Assembly (NCBI GenBank): GCA_049320885.1
Contig: JBMORA010000028.1
Span: 32,001 to 96,000 of the forward strand
DNA length: 64,000 nucleotides
Direction: 5' to 3'
Source: Thermodesulfobacteriota bacterium
Lineage (GTDB): Bacteria; Desulfobacterota; Desulfobacteria; Desulfobacterales; SURF-7
Under the pieces are notes generated by a model. That model saw nothing but the letters and a program-made list of their open reading frames with translations. It made no database searches and was not told the origin of the DNA. A program made the translations under genes and the position numbers. This document shows, piece by piece, positions 36,497-46,728 of the stretch (within the stretch, counting starts at the first letter, position 1; the number at the start of each line of letters is the position of its first letter).

Positions 36497-38413
36497 ATGC
36501 CCCTGCGCCGAAAAATCGTCTTGATTGTCGTCTGCATCTTCCTCATGATGATGGGGGCGATTTACACCATTACCCGGATGATTCTGATCAGCGGTTATAC
36601 GGAATTGGAAGAACGGGACATCATCCACGGGCTGCGACAGCTCAGCCATATCATCGAAAATGAAATGGACCAGATCAAAAGTGTCGCCCTCGATTGGGGA
36701 CCCTGGGACGACACCTATGAATTCGTCGTGAATCCGCATCAGGCTTACATCGACAACAACCTGATCGCTGAAACTTTCCGCAATTACCGTTTATCGTATA
36801 GCATTTATTTCGATGCCGAAGGACGATTCGTTTACGGCAAGGCCTATGACCTGGAGAAACAGCGCCCCCTGCCCCTCCCGGAAAACCTGATTCACCGGCT
36901 CCGGGATCATCCGAACCTGATCCGTCATCAGCGAACCCGGGATGTGACCAAGGGCATTCTGATGCTGCCGGATCAAACAGTACTGGTGGCTTCCGCGCCG
37001 ATCCTGAACAGCCGGTTCGAAGGGCCGATCCGCGGCGCCCTGATCATGGGACGGATCCTGAACCAAACGGAAATCCGCCAAATCGGTGAAAAAGCCCAAC
37101 TGAAGGTGGCAGTGCGGCGGTGGGACGATCCACACCTGCCGGTTGACTTCAGTTCCGCCAAATCCGCCCTGCTCGGGAAAAACTCGGCTTTTATCCGGCG
37201 AAACGGGCCCAACCGGATTTCCGCCTACGTCATGCTGCGGGATGTCCAGGGCCGGCCGGGGCTCATCGCCGGGATCGAAAAAGAACGGGACATTTTCCTT
37301 CAGGGACGCGAAAGCCTCCACTATTTCATCCTGTCCCTGCTGGCCATCAGCCTGCTGTTCACGCTGGCTGCCTTCGTTTTTCTGGAAAAAAGCGTTCTGT
37401 CCAAACTCGCCTATCTCAGCCAAACGGTGCGGAAGATCGGCCTGTCCAGATCGTTTACCTCCCGGATCCACCTGAAGGGCCGGGATGAGCTCGCGGATCT
37501 CGCCCGGGACATCAATGAAATGCTGGAAGCGTTGCGTCAAAGCGAGGAACGGGACAAGGCCCTGCTGGACAATATCGAAGACGGGTATTTTGAAGTGGAT
37601 TTGATGGGAGATTTCACCTTTTTCAACGATTCCCTCTGCCGGATCACCGGCTACGACCGCGAGGCAACCGTGGGCATGAATTTCTCCCGTTTCACCAGCC
37701 CCGACACCGTGGACCGCCTGACCACCGAATTCCGGCTGGCGTTTCGGAGCGGCAAATCCATTCAGGCCGTGGAAGGAGAACTGATCCGCAAGGATGGCGA
37801 GCACCGTTACCTGGAGACCTCGGTATCCCTGATCCGGGATATAGGGGGAAAACCCATCGGATTCAGGGGGATTGTCAGGGATATCACCGAACGCCGACGC
37901 CTGGAGGAACAATTGAAGACCCAGGCCGCCACGGACCCGCTCACCGGTGTGGAAAACCGTCGTCGCTTTCTGGAGCGCTCCGCTGTTGAGTTCCAGCGTT
38001 TTCAACGGTACGGTGGATCTTTTTGTGCGGCAATCCTGGATATCGATCACTTCAAGCGCATCAACGACTCATACGGCCATGCGGCCGGCGACGACGTGTT
38101 GAGGAACCTGGCGGAAAAATGCAAAGAAATTCTGCGCCAGACCGACTTTTTCGGACGACTGGGCGGCGAGGAGTTCGCCTTTGTTTTCGTCGGCGCGGAC
38201 ATGGCTGTGGCGGAGGCCATCGCCGAAAGATTGCGGCTGGCCATGGAGAGCTGCTTCCTCACCATCGACGACCGGGAAATCCGCTGTACGGTGAGCATCG
38301 GTATAACGGAAATCAGACCGGCGGACGAGTCCTTTGAAACGGTCCTGAAACGGGCGGATGCCGCTCTGTACGAAGCCAAACGCCAGGGTCGCAACCGCAC
38401 CGTGAAGGATTGA
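36497..38413 (+). CDS. CHASE4-HAMP-PAS diguanylate cyclase
   Basis: DWGPWDDTYEFV (CHASE4), DELADLARDINEML (HAMP), PAS, DPLTG, RQTD I-site, GGEEF. Start moved to ATG 36497. Confidence 0.92.
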   Translation: MPLRRKIVLIVVCIFLMMMGAIYTITRMILISGYTELEERDIIHGLRQLSHIIENEMDQIKSVALDWGPWDDTYEFVVNPHQAYIDNNLIAETFRNYRLSYSIYFDAEGRFVYGKAYDLEKQRPLPLPENLIHRLRDHPNLIRHQRTRDVTKGILMLPDQTVLVASAPILNSRFEGPIRGALIMGRILNQTEIRQIGEKAQLKVAVRRWDDPHLPVDFSSAKSALLGKNSAFIRRNGPNRISAYVMLRDVQGRPGLIAGIEKERDIFLQGRESLHYFILSLLAISLLFTLAAFVFLEKSVLSKLAYLSQTVRKIGLSRSFTSRIHLKGRDELADLARDINEMLEALRQSEERDKALLDNIEDGYFEVDLMGDFTFFNDSLCRITGYDREATVGMNFSRFTSPDTVDRLTTEFRLAFRSGKSIQAVEGELIRKDGEHRYLETSVSLIRDIGGKPIGFRGIVRDITERRRLEEQLKTQAATDPLTGVENRRRFLERSAVEFQRFQRYGGSFCAAILDIDHFKRINDSYGHAAGDDVLRNLAEKCKEILRQTDFFGRLGGEEFAFVFVGADMAVAEAIAERLRLAMESCFLTIDDREIRCTVSIGITEIRPADESFETVLKRADAALYEAKRQGRNRTVKD

Positions 38414-38573
38414 TCGCCACCCCGGGCTGCGATTTCTGCCCTTCGCTTCCGCCCGGGGACTGGGTTGTTTTCGCCTCGACGGGAGAGGCATTTCCCGGCT
38501 TTTTGCTTATTTCCCTTGACGCTGGCCGCCAAAAATCGTAGGTTTCAGAAAACTGAATAGGATTCATATTATT

Positions 38574-39218
38574 ATGGGTATTCAGGAAAGAAAAGGCCGG
38601 GAACGGGAAAGAAGGCGCCAGCAGATCATGGTGGCGGCCAAAACCGTCTTCCACCGGAACGGGTTCAACAAGGCCACCATGGAGGACATCGCCCGGGAAG
38701 CGGAGCTGAGCCCCGGAACCCTCTATCTGTATTTTAAAAACAAGAACGAGCTGTATGCCTCCCTGTCGCTCCGGATTCTGCAATACCTGCTCATCCGCCT
38801 GGAGGAAGTCAGATCCAAGGAAAAAGTGACGGCAAGGAAACGCTTCGGACTGTTGAAGGAAGCGATATATGATGTCTATGAATTCGATCCGCCCATGTTC
38901 ATCAAGATGTTTCATTTTCAATCCAGCGAGATCTACGAAAGCCTGACAACCGAATTGAAAAACGATATCCGGGAGCTTTCAACACAAGCCCGCGACGCCA
39001 TCGCCGCCCTGTTTCAGGAAGGAATCGACGCCCATGTCTTCATCAATGAAAAATCCAGCGTTCTCGCAGAAATGATCTGGGCTTTCTTTTCCGGCATCGT
39101 ATTGCTGGAAGAAAATAAAAAAGCCCTTGACGGTCGCAACAACGATTTGAAAAGGAACTTGAAAAGCGCCTTCGAAATTTTTTTCCGCGGTATCTCCAAG
39201 GACAATCAGTCCCCCTGA
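38574..39218 (+). CDS. TetR/AcrR family transcriptional regulator
   Basis: ATMEDIAREAELSPGTLYLYFKNKNEL helix-turn-helix. Confidence 0.93.
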   Translation: MGIQERKGRERERRRQQIMVAAKTVFHRNGFNKATMEDIAREAELSPGTLYLYFKNKNELYASLSLRILQYLLIRLEEVRSKEKVTARKRFGLLKEAIYDVYEFDPPMFIKMFHFQSSEIYESLTTELKNDIRELSTQARDAIAALFQEGIDAHVFINEKSSVLAEMIWAFFSGIVLLEENKKALDGRNNDLKRNLKSAFEIFFRGISKDNQSP

Positions 39219-39251
39219 CATCTTCCGCCGTCAATCATCGTCAGTCAATAG

Positions 39252-39323
39252 ATGAATACAATTTATATTGACAAATTTTGCTAAAAATTTTTATTATGTT
39301 ATAAAAAATGAATCCCAATCATT
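39252..39323 (+). promoter_or_regulatory. acs promoter flanked by two TGAAT-N3-A(T/A)T(C/T)A sites
   Basis: TTGACA(39268)-N18-TATTAT. Sites at 39253-39265 and 39309-39321 resemble TGAATAGGATTCA at 38554-38566. Confidence 0.55.
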
Positions 39324-39491
39324 ATTTTGCGCCGGTCTGGATGCAGCGGCGGAAGCATGGTTTCCATGGAGAACGAAGGATGCCCCTTTTGAAATGGCTT
39401 CCGCAAGCGGGTCTTCCGCGGCACGCCGAGCAGTCATCTACTCGTTATCGCAAGTCCCTGACGAACCAAACAAGGAAACAAGGAGGCAGTC

Positions 39492-41525
39492 ATGTCGGAA
39501 AAAGAGCTTGTTGCAACCTCGGAAGCCCAGATCGCCGTTCACTGGCAGGAAGAAGCCTATTTCTACCCTTCCGCCCAGTTCATCGCCCAGGCCAATATGA
39601 CGGACGAAACGATTTACGAACGGTTCAGTCTGGATAATTTCCCCAATTGCTTCAAGGAATACGCGGATCTACTGACATGGGACGAATACTGGCACACCAT
39701 CCTGGACACCAGTGACGCCCCCTGCTGGAAATGGTTCGTCGGCGGCAGGCTGAATGCCAGCTATAACTGCATCGACCGGCATCTTGCCAAGAACAGAAAC
39801 AAAACCGCCATTCATTTCGTGCCTGAACTGGAGGAAGAAAAAGTCGATCACATCACATATCAGGAACTCTATGTGCGGGTGAATGAATTCGCGGCGCTCT
39901 TGCGCGATTTCGCGGGCTTGAAGGCCGGCGATCGGGTAACCCTGCACATGCCCATGTCGGTGGAGCTGCCCATCACCATGCTGGCCTGCGCCCGTCTGGG
40001 CGTCATCCACTCCGAAGTGTTCGGCGGCTTCAGCGGCCGGGCCTGCGCGGACCGTATCGTGGATTCCAGAAGCAGCGTCCTGATCACCATGGACGCCTAT
40101 TACCGGGGGGGCAAGCTGCTGGACCACAAGCAGAACGCGGATATCGCCGCGGATCTGGCCGGAAAGGACGGCCAGCCGGTGGAAAAAGTGCTGGTCTGGC
40201 AGCGGTATCCGGGCAAAAACTCCAGCCCCACTCCCATGGTGACAGGCCGGGATTATGTTATCAACGACCTGCTCAAACAATTCTACGGGAAACGGGTCAA
40301 ACCCGTCTCCATGCCGGCGGAAGCCCCCCTGTTCCTGATGTACACCAGCGGCACCACCGGAAAACCAAAGGGCTGCCAGCACAGCACCGGCGGGTATCTG
40401 GCCTATGTCGCCGGAACTTCCAAATATGTTCAGGACATCCATCCCGAGGACGTCTATTGGTGCATGGCCGATATCGGCTGGATCACGGGGCACTCCTACA
40501 TTGTTTACGGTCCGTTGACCCTTTGCGCCTCGACGGTGATCTATGAAGGCATCCCCAATTATCCGGACGCGGGCCGACCATGGCGCATCGCCCAGGACCT
40601 GGGGGTCAACATCTTTCATACGGCGCCCACCACCATCCGTTCGCTGCGCAAGATCGGCCCGGACGAGCCCGCGAAATACTCCTATCAGTTCAAGCATATG
40701 ACCACCGTGGGCGAACCCATCGAACCCGAAGTATGGAAATGGTATCACAAGGAAGTGGGCAAGGGCAAAGCCATCATCGTGGATACCTGGTGGCAGACCG
40801 AAACCGGCGGCTTTCTGTGCAGCACCCTGCCGGCCATCACGCCCATGAAGCCCGGCAGCGCCGGACCGGCGATGCCCGGCATCCATCCCGTCATCTACGA
40901 TGAAGAAGGCAATGTATTGGAGGCCGGATGCGGCAAAGCCGGCAACATCTGCATCCAAAACCCCTGGCCCGGGGCTTTTCAGACCATCTGGGGGGATCGG
41001 GACCGCTTTGTCAGCAATTACTACGCCCGCTATTGCAAAAACCCGAAAAGCAAGGACTGGCGGGACTGGCCCTATCTCACCGGCGACGCCGCAGTCCAGG
41101 CGCCGGACGGATATTATCGCATTCTGGGCCGGATCGATGATGTCATCAATGTTTCCGGTCATCGTCTGGGCACCAAGGAAATCGAATCCGCATCCCTGGT
41201 GGTTCCCGAGGTGGCGGAGGCGGCGGTGGTTCCCGTGGCGCATGATATCAAAGGCAAGGAACCGGATCTGTATATTTCCCTGAAACCGGGTTTTGACGGC
41301 GACGAGGAAATCGCCAGGCGCGTTTCCGACGCCATCTGCAACGAAATCGGGAAAATCGCCAAACCGCGGAAAGTCTGGATCGTCAAGGATATGCCCAAAA
41401 CCCGTTCCGGTAAAATCATGCGGCGGGTGTTGGCCGCCATTTCCAATAACCGGGACGTGGGCGACGTCACCACCCTGGCCAATCCCAATATCGTCTCGGA
41501 AATTCAGGAAATGGTGCGGAAGTAA
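39492..41525 (+). CDS. acs: Acetate--CoA ligase (AMP-forming acetyl-CoA synthetase)
   Basis: YTSGTTGKPKG, ADIGWITGHSY, VGEPI, DTWWQTETGG, GRIDDVINVSGHRLG, PKTRSGKIMRR. Confidence 0.93.
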   Translation: MSEKELVATSEAQIAVHWQEEAYFYPSAQFIAQANMTDETIYERFSLDNFPNCFKEYADLLTWDEYWHTILDTSDAPCWKWFVGGRLNASYNCIDRHLAKNRNKTAIHFVPELEEEKVDHITYQELYVRVNEFAALLRDFAGLKAGDRVTLHMPMSVELPITMLACARLGVIHSEVFGGFSGRACADRIVDSRSSVLITMDAYYRGGKLLDHKQNADIAADLAGKDGQPVEKVLVWQRYPGKNSSPTPMVTGRDYVINDLLKQFYGKRVKPVSMPAEAPLFLMYTSGTTGKPKGCQHSTGGYLAYVAGTSKYVQDIHPEDVYWCMADIGWITGHSYIVYGPLTLCASTVIYEGIPNYPDAGRPWRIAQDLGVNIFHTAPTTIRSLRKIGPDEPAKYSYQFKHMTTVGEPIEPEVWKWYHKEVGKGKAIIVDTWWQTETGGFLCSTLPAITPMKPGSAGPAMPGIHPVIYDEEGNVLEAGCGKAGNICIQNPWPGAFQTIWGDRDRFVSNYYARYCKNPKSKDWRDWPYLTGDAAVQAPDGYYRILGRIDDVINVSGHRLGTKEIESASLVVPEVAEAAVVPVAHDIKGKEPDLYISLKPGFDGDEEIARRVSDAICNEIGKIAKPRKVWIVKDMPKTRSGKIMRRVLAAISNNRDVGDVTTLANPNIVSEIQEMVRK

Positions 41526-41542
41526 CCGCAAGGAGGACGGCC

Positions 41543-43447
41543 ATGCAAAGCCAGTACGAACCATATTACCGGCAATCCATTGAAAACCCGGAGGGATTCT
41601 GGCGGACGCCGGCGGAGGATTGCCGCTGGTACAAGAAATGGGACAAGGTCCTGGACGATGCGAACAGCCCCTTCTATCGATGGTTCACCGGCGGGGTGCT
41701 CAACACCTGCTACAACGCCCTGGATTGGCATATCGAAAAGGGGCTCGGCGACCGGGCCGCCCTGATCTACGACAGCCCCGTCACCGGCGTCATCCGGACC
41801 TACACCTATGCGCGTCTGCGGGAGGAAACCGCCCGATTCGCCGGCGTGCTGGCCGCAAAGAGGGTTCAAAAAGGCGACCGGGTCCTGATCTATATGCCCA
41901 TGATTCCCGAGGCGGTGATCGCCATGCTCGCCTGCGCCAGAATCGGGGCCGTTCACTCCGTGGTTTTCGGCGGATTCGCCGCCAAGGAACTCGCCACCCG
42001 GATCAACGACGCCACCCCCAGCATCATCGTTTCCGCCTCCTGCGGCATTGAAGCGGGAAAAATCATCCCCTATAAACCCCTTCTCGACCAGGCGGTGGAA
42101 ATGGCCGTCGCCAAACCCGGCTGCCGCATCATTTATCAGCGACCGGAAAAAGCCGCCGACATGCTGCCGGGAGTCGATTGCGACTGGAATGCGGAGATGG
42201 CCATAGCCCGGCCCCATGACTGCGTCCCGGTGGCGGCCACGGATCCGCTTTACATTCTGTATACGTCCGGGACCACCGGTGTGCCCAAGGGTGTCGTCCG
42301 GGACAACGGCGGTCACATGGTGGCCCTGAAATGGTCCATGAAAGCCATTTACAACATGGATCCGGGCGATGTTTTCTGGGCCGCCTCGGACGTCGGCTGG
42401 GTGGTGGGGCATTCCTACATCGTCTACGGCCCGCTGCTGAAAGGCTGCACCACCATCCTGTTCGAGGGAAAACCCGTGGGCACCCCGGATGCCGGCGTTT
42501 TCTGGCGGGTGATCTCCCAGCACAAGGTCAAAGCCCTGTTCACGGCGCCCACCGCCTTCCGCGCCATCAAGCGCGAGGACCCCACGGGCCGCCTGATCGG
42601 CGGTTACGATCTTTCCGGCTTCAAGGCCTTGTTTCTCGCCGGCGAAAGGACCGACCCGGACACCCTGCACTGGGCCGAGGACAAACTGAAGGTGCCGGTG
42701 ATCGATCATTGGTGGCAGACCGAAACCGGCTGGGCCATCGCGGCCAACTGCCTCGGCATCGAGCATCTTCCGGTGAAGCAGGGCTCGCCCACCAAGGCGG
42801 CGCCGGGATGGAACGTCCAGGTGCTGGACAGCAACAACCATCCCGTCAAGGCCGGGGAAATCGGGGCCCTGGTGGTGAAACTGCCGCTGCCGCCCGGCAC
42901 CCTTCCCACCCTTTGGAACAATGACGCCGGTTATTTGCAATCCTATTTGAAGGATTTTCCGGGATACTATAAAACGGCCGACGCCGGATACATCGACGAG
43001 GACGGTTACATTTTCGTCATGTCCCGCACCGACGACATCATCAACGTGGCCGGTCACCGCCTGTCCACGGGGGGCATGGAAGAAGTCCTTTCGGACCATC
43101 CGGATGTGGCCGAATGCGCCGTGCTTGGTGTCCAGGACCAGCTGAAAGGTCAAGTCCCCATCGGCTTCATTGTGCTGAAATCCGGTGTCACCCGCGACGT
43201 AGCCGAAATCGAAACGGAAATCGTGCGAATGGTCCGGGACCGGATCGGTCCGGTGGCCTCCTTCAAACTGGTTACCACCGTGAAGCGTCTGCCCAAGACC
43301 CGGTCCGGAAAGATTCTGCGGGGCACCATCCGCAAAATCGCCGATAGCGAGGAGTACAAAATTCCGGCCACCATCGATGACCCGGCGATCCTGGAGGAAA
43401 TGGAAGCGGCCCTGCAAAAAATGGGATATGCGGGCGGACGCAAATGA
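41543..43447 (+). CDS. prpE: Propionyl-CoA synthetase
   Basis: YTSGTTGVPKGVVRDNGGH, SDVGWVVGHSY, EGKPVGTPDAG, DHWWQTETGW, PKTRSGKILR. Confidence 0.88.
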   Translation: MQSQYEPYYRQSIENPEGFWRTPAEDCRWYKKWDKVLDDANSPFYRWFTGGVLNTCYNALDWHIEKGLGDRAALIYDSPVTGVIRTYTYARLREETARFAGVLAAKRVQKGDRVLIYMPMIPEAVIAMLACARIGAVHSVVFGGFAAKELATRINDATPSIIVSASCGIEAGKIIPYKPLLDQAVEMAVAKPGCRIIYQRPEKAADMLPGVDCDWNAEMAIARPHDCVPVAATDPLYILYTSGTTGVPKGVVRDNGGHMVALKWSMKAIYNMDPGDVFWAASDVGWVVGHSYIVYGPLLKGCTTILFEGKPVGTPDAGVFWRVISQHKVKALFTAPTAFRAIKREDPTGRLIGGYDLSGFKALFLAGERTDPDTLHWAEDKLKVPVIDHWWQTETGWAIAANCLGIEHLPVKQGSPTKAAPGWNVQVLDSNNHPVKAGEIGALVVKLPLPPGTLPTLWNNDAGYLQSYLKDFPGYYKTADAGYIDEDGYIFVMSRTDDIINVAGHRLSTGGMEEVLSDHPDVAECAVLGVQDQLKGQVPIGFIVLKSGVTRDVAEIETEIVRMVRDRIGPVASFKLVTTVKRLPKTRSGKILRGTIRKIADSEEYKIPATIDDPAILEEMEAALQKMGYAGGRK

Positions 43448-43558
43448 ATCCCTGAATCGACGGATTCCTGTCAATGCATGGCCTGATGATGCGACTTCTT
43501 CGTGGCGCGGTTCCCAAACCATCGGATCGCACCAATCGGTTCACGCGAGGTGATTCTC

Positions 43559-43933
43559 ATGACCGGAAAAATACTGATTGTCGATGATGAGCCGGCCGTC
43601 GTATTGCCGCTTCAGTTCCTCATGGAACAGCACCAGTACCGGGTCGCCGTCGCTTCCAGCGGAGAGGAAGCCCTTGAAAAGATCATGCAATTCGAACCGG
43701 ACCTGATCCTGCTGGACATCATGCTTCCCGGCATCGACGGCTATGAGGTGTGCGAGATCGTGCGCCTGAACCCCAAATGGAAACAGACCAGGATCATCTT
43801 CCTGACCGCCAGGGGGCGTGACGTGGATGTGGCCAAGGGCCTGGTGCTGGGAGCCGACGACTATATCCTCAAGCCCTTCACCGGCTCCGAGGTGGTGAAT
43901 AAAGTCAAACAACTCCTGGATGTCGGTTCGTGA
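43559..43933 (+). CDS. Single-domain response regulator
   Basis: ILIVDDE, LLDIMLP, FLTA, KPF. ATG 43559. Confidence 0.9.
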   Translation: MTGKILIVDDEPAVVLPLQFLMEQHQYRVAVASSGEEALEKIMQFEPDLILLDIMLPGIDGYEVCEIVRLNPKWKQTRIIFLTARGRDVDVAKGLVLGADDYILKPFTGSEVVNKVKQLLDVGS

Positions 43934-43953
43934 AGCTTCGGATCCCTTCCTCA

Positions 43954-44331
43954 TCATGTTTTTTTCTTATTTTTCAGTAAGTCCGCCAGCCCCGCGAAAG
44001 GATTATGGGTAAAGCTGTTATCCGGGGATTCATCACCGGCCCCGGGGGCATAGGCATCGGCAACCTGATCACGGCTATGCTCATTTTCGTGACAATAGAT
44101 GCAGAGCAATTCCCAGTTGCTTCCATCCGGCGGATTGTTGTCATGATTGTGATCTTTGTGGTGGACCGTGAGTTCGCGCAATCGCTTTCCACTGAACTCT
44201 CTCCCGCAATGCCCGCAAATCTTGGGAAAAAGCTTGAGGGCGCGTTCCCGGTAGCTTTTTTCCCGCTCTTGCCGCATACGCAGCGCCTCCGCAACGCTCC
44301 CCTTGATATCGCCGCTCTTGTTTGAAGCCAT
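43954..44331 (-). CDS. yajD: YajD-family HNH nuclease
   Basis: YRERALKLFP, CGHCGREF, LTVHHKDHNHDNNPPDGSNWELLCIYCHENEH. Confidence 0.9.
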   Translation of the reverse strand: MASNKSGDIKGSVAEALRMRQEREKSYRERALKLFPKICGHCGREFSGKRLRELTVHHKDHNHDNNPPDGSNWELLCIYCHENEHSRDQVADAYAPGAGDESPDNSFTHNPFAGLADLLKNKKKT

Positions 44332-44390
44332 GTGGCACCCTTTCTTTTCGCGATTGTGGTTCCAACTGTATTGTATCACCGCATAAAAAA

Positions 44391-45458
44391 TCAACCTAAC
44401 TGAATGGCTTTTTCCGGACACATTTCCTGGCAGCAGAAACAGGTGATACAGGTTCCGGGATTCACTTCGGGGAAGTCGCCCGCCATTTCAAGGGCCGCTA
44501 CCGGGCATTGGGCGACACAGGTGCCGCAGCCGGTGCACCGGCTTTGATCCACTTTGGGACGGAAGTTGTTCTTGCTGGCAAGCATCTCCTGTATGGATGG
44601 GTTGGACAGGATGGCCTCCCCGCCGAGTGGCGGCAGTTTGAAATCCGGTATTGTTTGGAGTTTCCCGACTATTGTGACGGCATTCAGGTCATAATCCCCC
44701 AGTCCGTCTTCCTTGGCCTTTTGAAGCGCCCGGAGCCGCGCCGGGTCGCAGCCCATCATGGTGGCGATGACCGCATCCAGGGCAACGGCGTTGTCCGCTG
44801 CCAGAATCAATCCGACTTCCCGCAAATCCGGGGATGCCGGTCCGTTTCCTTCCATTCCCACCACCGCGTCCACGATAAACAGGTCGGGTATTCGGATCTT
44901 GAACACATCCACCAGCAGCTCGTGAAAGCGGACCGGGCTGCCGGCGGCTTTATGCAGTTTCGATTTCTGGGCGCCGGGAAGTATCCCGTAACTGTTTTTG
45001 ATGGCGCCGGAGATCACGGTCAGGCCATGGGTTTTAAACCGCGGCAGGCTGATGAAGATGTCCGCGTCCATGACGGCCTTTGAAACGGTGACCGACGCCA
45101 TGAAGTTGGGGTTGAAGTCGATTTTGACCGACTCGGTGCCGATATTCCGGTAGTATCCCCTGGCGGCGTTCATGAGGCCTGTTCTTTCGAAACATTCCTC
45201 ATTGGCGCCGTAACTGACCACACCGGGGTTGTCGCCCACGATGATTTCCGCCGGATTCAGCCGTTCCACTTTTTCCACGACGGCCCGGAGCACGGCGGGA
45301 TGGGTCACGATCGCCTCATCGGCCGAAGATGTCCTCAACGCATTGGGTTTTATCAGGACTTTCTTTCCGGCGACATTTCGGGGAAAAAGTTCAAAGGCCC
45401 GCTCCACGGCGGGTTGAACGTTTTCATACGTTGCGGGATGAATCAATACCGTCGGCAT
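44391..45458 (-). CDS. DUF362 domain protein with 4Fe-4S dicluster
   Basis: VLIKPN, THP, FKTHGLT, KNSYG, MEGNGP. CTGCGTCVAQCP and CITCFCCQEMCP. Confidence 0.9.
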   Translation of the reverse strand: MPTVLIHPATYENVQPAVERAFELFPRNVAGKKVLIKPNALRTSSADEAIVTHPAVLRAVVEKVERLNPAEIIVGDNPGVVSYGANEECFERTGLMNAARGYYRNIGTESVKIDFNPNFMASVTVSKAVMDADIFISLPRFKTHGLTVISGAIKNSYGILPGAQKSKLHKAAGSPVRFHELLVDVFKIRIPDLFIVDAVVGMEGNGPASPDLREVGLILAADNAVALDAVIATMMGCDPARLRALQKAKEDGLGDYDLNAVTIVGKLQTIPDFKLPPLGGEAILSNPSIQEMLASKNNFRPKVDQSRCTGCGTCVAQCPVAALEMAGDFPEVNPGTCITCFCCQEMCPEKAIQLG

Positions 45459-45476
45459 GTTGTATCCTTATGAATT

Positions 45477-46694
45477 TTATTCCTTACCTTGGTCAATGAC
45501 CATTGCCTCTCGATCAATCGCCAGTTGCACCTGCTTGTAAAAGGCGGACCGTTTCTTATCCTGATCGCCGCCCTGGAGATCAGTGGCATACGGCCAGTTA
45601 CCGTTCATGGCGATGACCAGTTTCCGTCGGGGATCCATAAAAATGCCCTGCCCGAAAATTCCCCGCGCCATATAGGCGCCGTCATCCCAAATCCACCATT
45701 GATAGCCGTAACCGTAACCAGGCCTGGTCGAATCCACCTGCTTCCTGGTGGCCTCCGCGATCCAGCCGTCGGGCAGCACCGGCTTGCCATCGGCGATACC
45801 GCCGCCCAGCATGAACAGACCAAAACGCGCAAAGTCACGCGTCGACGCCTGCAAGCAGCAACCGCTGATTTCATGACCAGTGGAGCCCAGCAGCCAGCTC
45901 GCATCCTGCTCCATGCCAAAAGGCCGCCAGATCTTCTCCGCCAGATAGTCGGACAAGTACTTCCCGGTCGCCGAACTGATCAGCACCCCGATCAGATTGG
46001 TTTCACCGGTCTTGTAAACCCACCGGGTGCCGGGCGGCGCCTCACGCTTCAATCGGCGCATATAGCTCACCGTCACATCAACGCCCGGTTCGGCCTTGTG
46101 CGCGTTAAACAAGGCCACGTCTGATGTGGGGTCAGCGTAATCCTCGTTCCATTTGACCCCCGATGTCATGGTCAGCAATTGCCGGATGGTGACTTCATCG
46201 TAGACCGAACCCTTTAGGTCAGGAATGTAATCCGATACCTTGTCATCGATGCTCTTGATATGGCCGTCTTTAATAGCGGCCCCGACCAATGTCGATGTGA
46301 TGGATTTCGCAACCGAGAAACTGGTCCAACGCTTGCCAGGCTGGAAGTCGAGCCCGTATTTTTCAAAGCGGACCTTGCCGTCGTGAACGATCACCAGTGC
46401 GGCGGCACGCTGGTCCTTCATAAAGGCATCCATATCGGTACCGACATCGAGCGGCGCCCCCATCGGCAAGGGATGGATTTTCTTGCCGCAGGAGATGGTC
46501 CGGGATTTGGAAATGATCGGCGCCCGGTCCATGGCGCGGAAGGCGGCATCACGCTGCGGAATTGACCAAAAAAGGACATCCTTGTTGGTCGGCATATGCT
46601 GGATCAGCCTGCGCATGTCCCTGTCCGCCGTGGCCCAGAATATGCCGACGGCGAGCACCGTCACGCCCAGTATTGCAATGATCGCTTTCCGCAT
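45477..46694 (-). CDS. Serine hydrolase, beta-lactamase class C / NylB-like, exported
   Basis: SFSVAKS (SxxK), LLTMTSG, YKTGETN, ARGIFGQ and an N-terminal signal or anchor. Confidence 0.88.
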   Translation of the reverse strand: MRKAIIAILGVTVLAVGIFWATADRDMRRLIQHMPTNKDVLFWSIPQRDAAFRAMDRAPIISKSRTISCGKKIHPLPMGAPLDVGTDMDAFMKDQRAAALVIVHDGKVRFEKYGLDFQPGKRWTSFSVAKSITSTLVGAAIKDGHIKSIDDKVSDYIPDLKGSVYDEVTIRQLLTMTSGVKWNEDYADPTSDVALFNAHKAEPGVDVTVSYMRRLKREAPPGTRWVYKTGETNLIGVLISSATGKYLSDYLAEKIWRPFGMEQDASWLLGSTGHEISGCCLQASTRDFARFGLFMLGGGIADGKPVLPDGWIAEATRKQVDSTRPGYGYGYQWWIWDDGAYMARGIFGQGIFMDPRRKLVIAMNGNWPYATDLQGGDQDKKRSAFYKQVQLAIDREAMVIDQGKE

Positions 46695-46728
46695 GGATAC
46701 CCCCTTTAGTTTGGTAAATCGAAGCTGA

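Noticed and set aside
43954..44331. Mobile or defence HNH nuclease
   Set aside because: Matches the conserved chromosomal YajD family, with no mobile-element context.
45477..46694. Antibiotic-resistance beta-lactamase
   Set aside because: It has the SxxK fold, but the motif pattern fits the broad NylB/esterase-like serine hydrolases. Resistance cannot be inferred.
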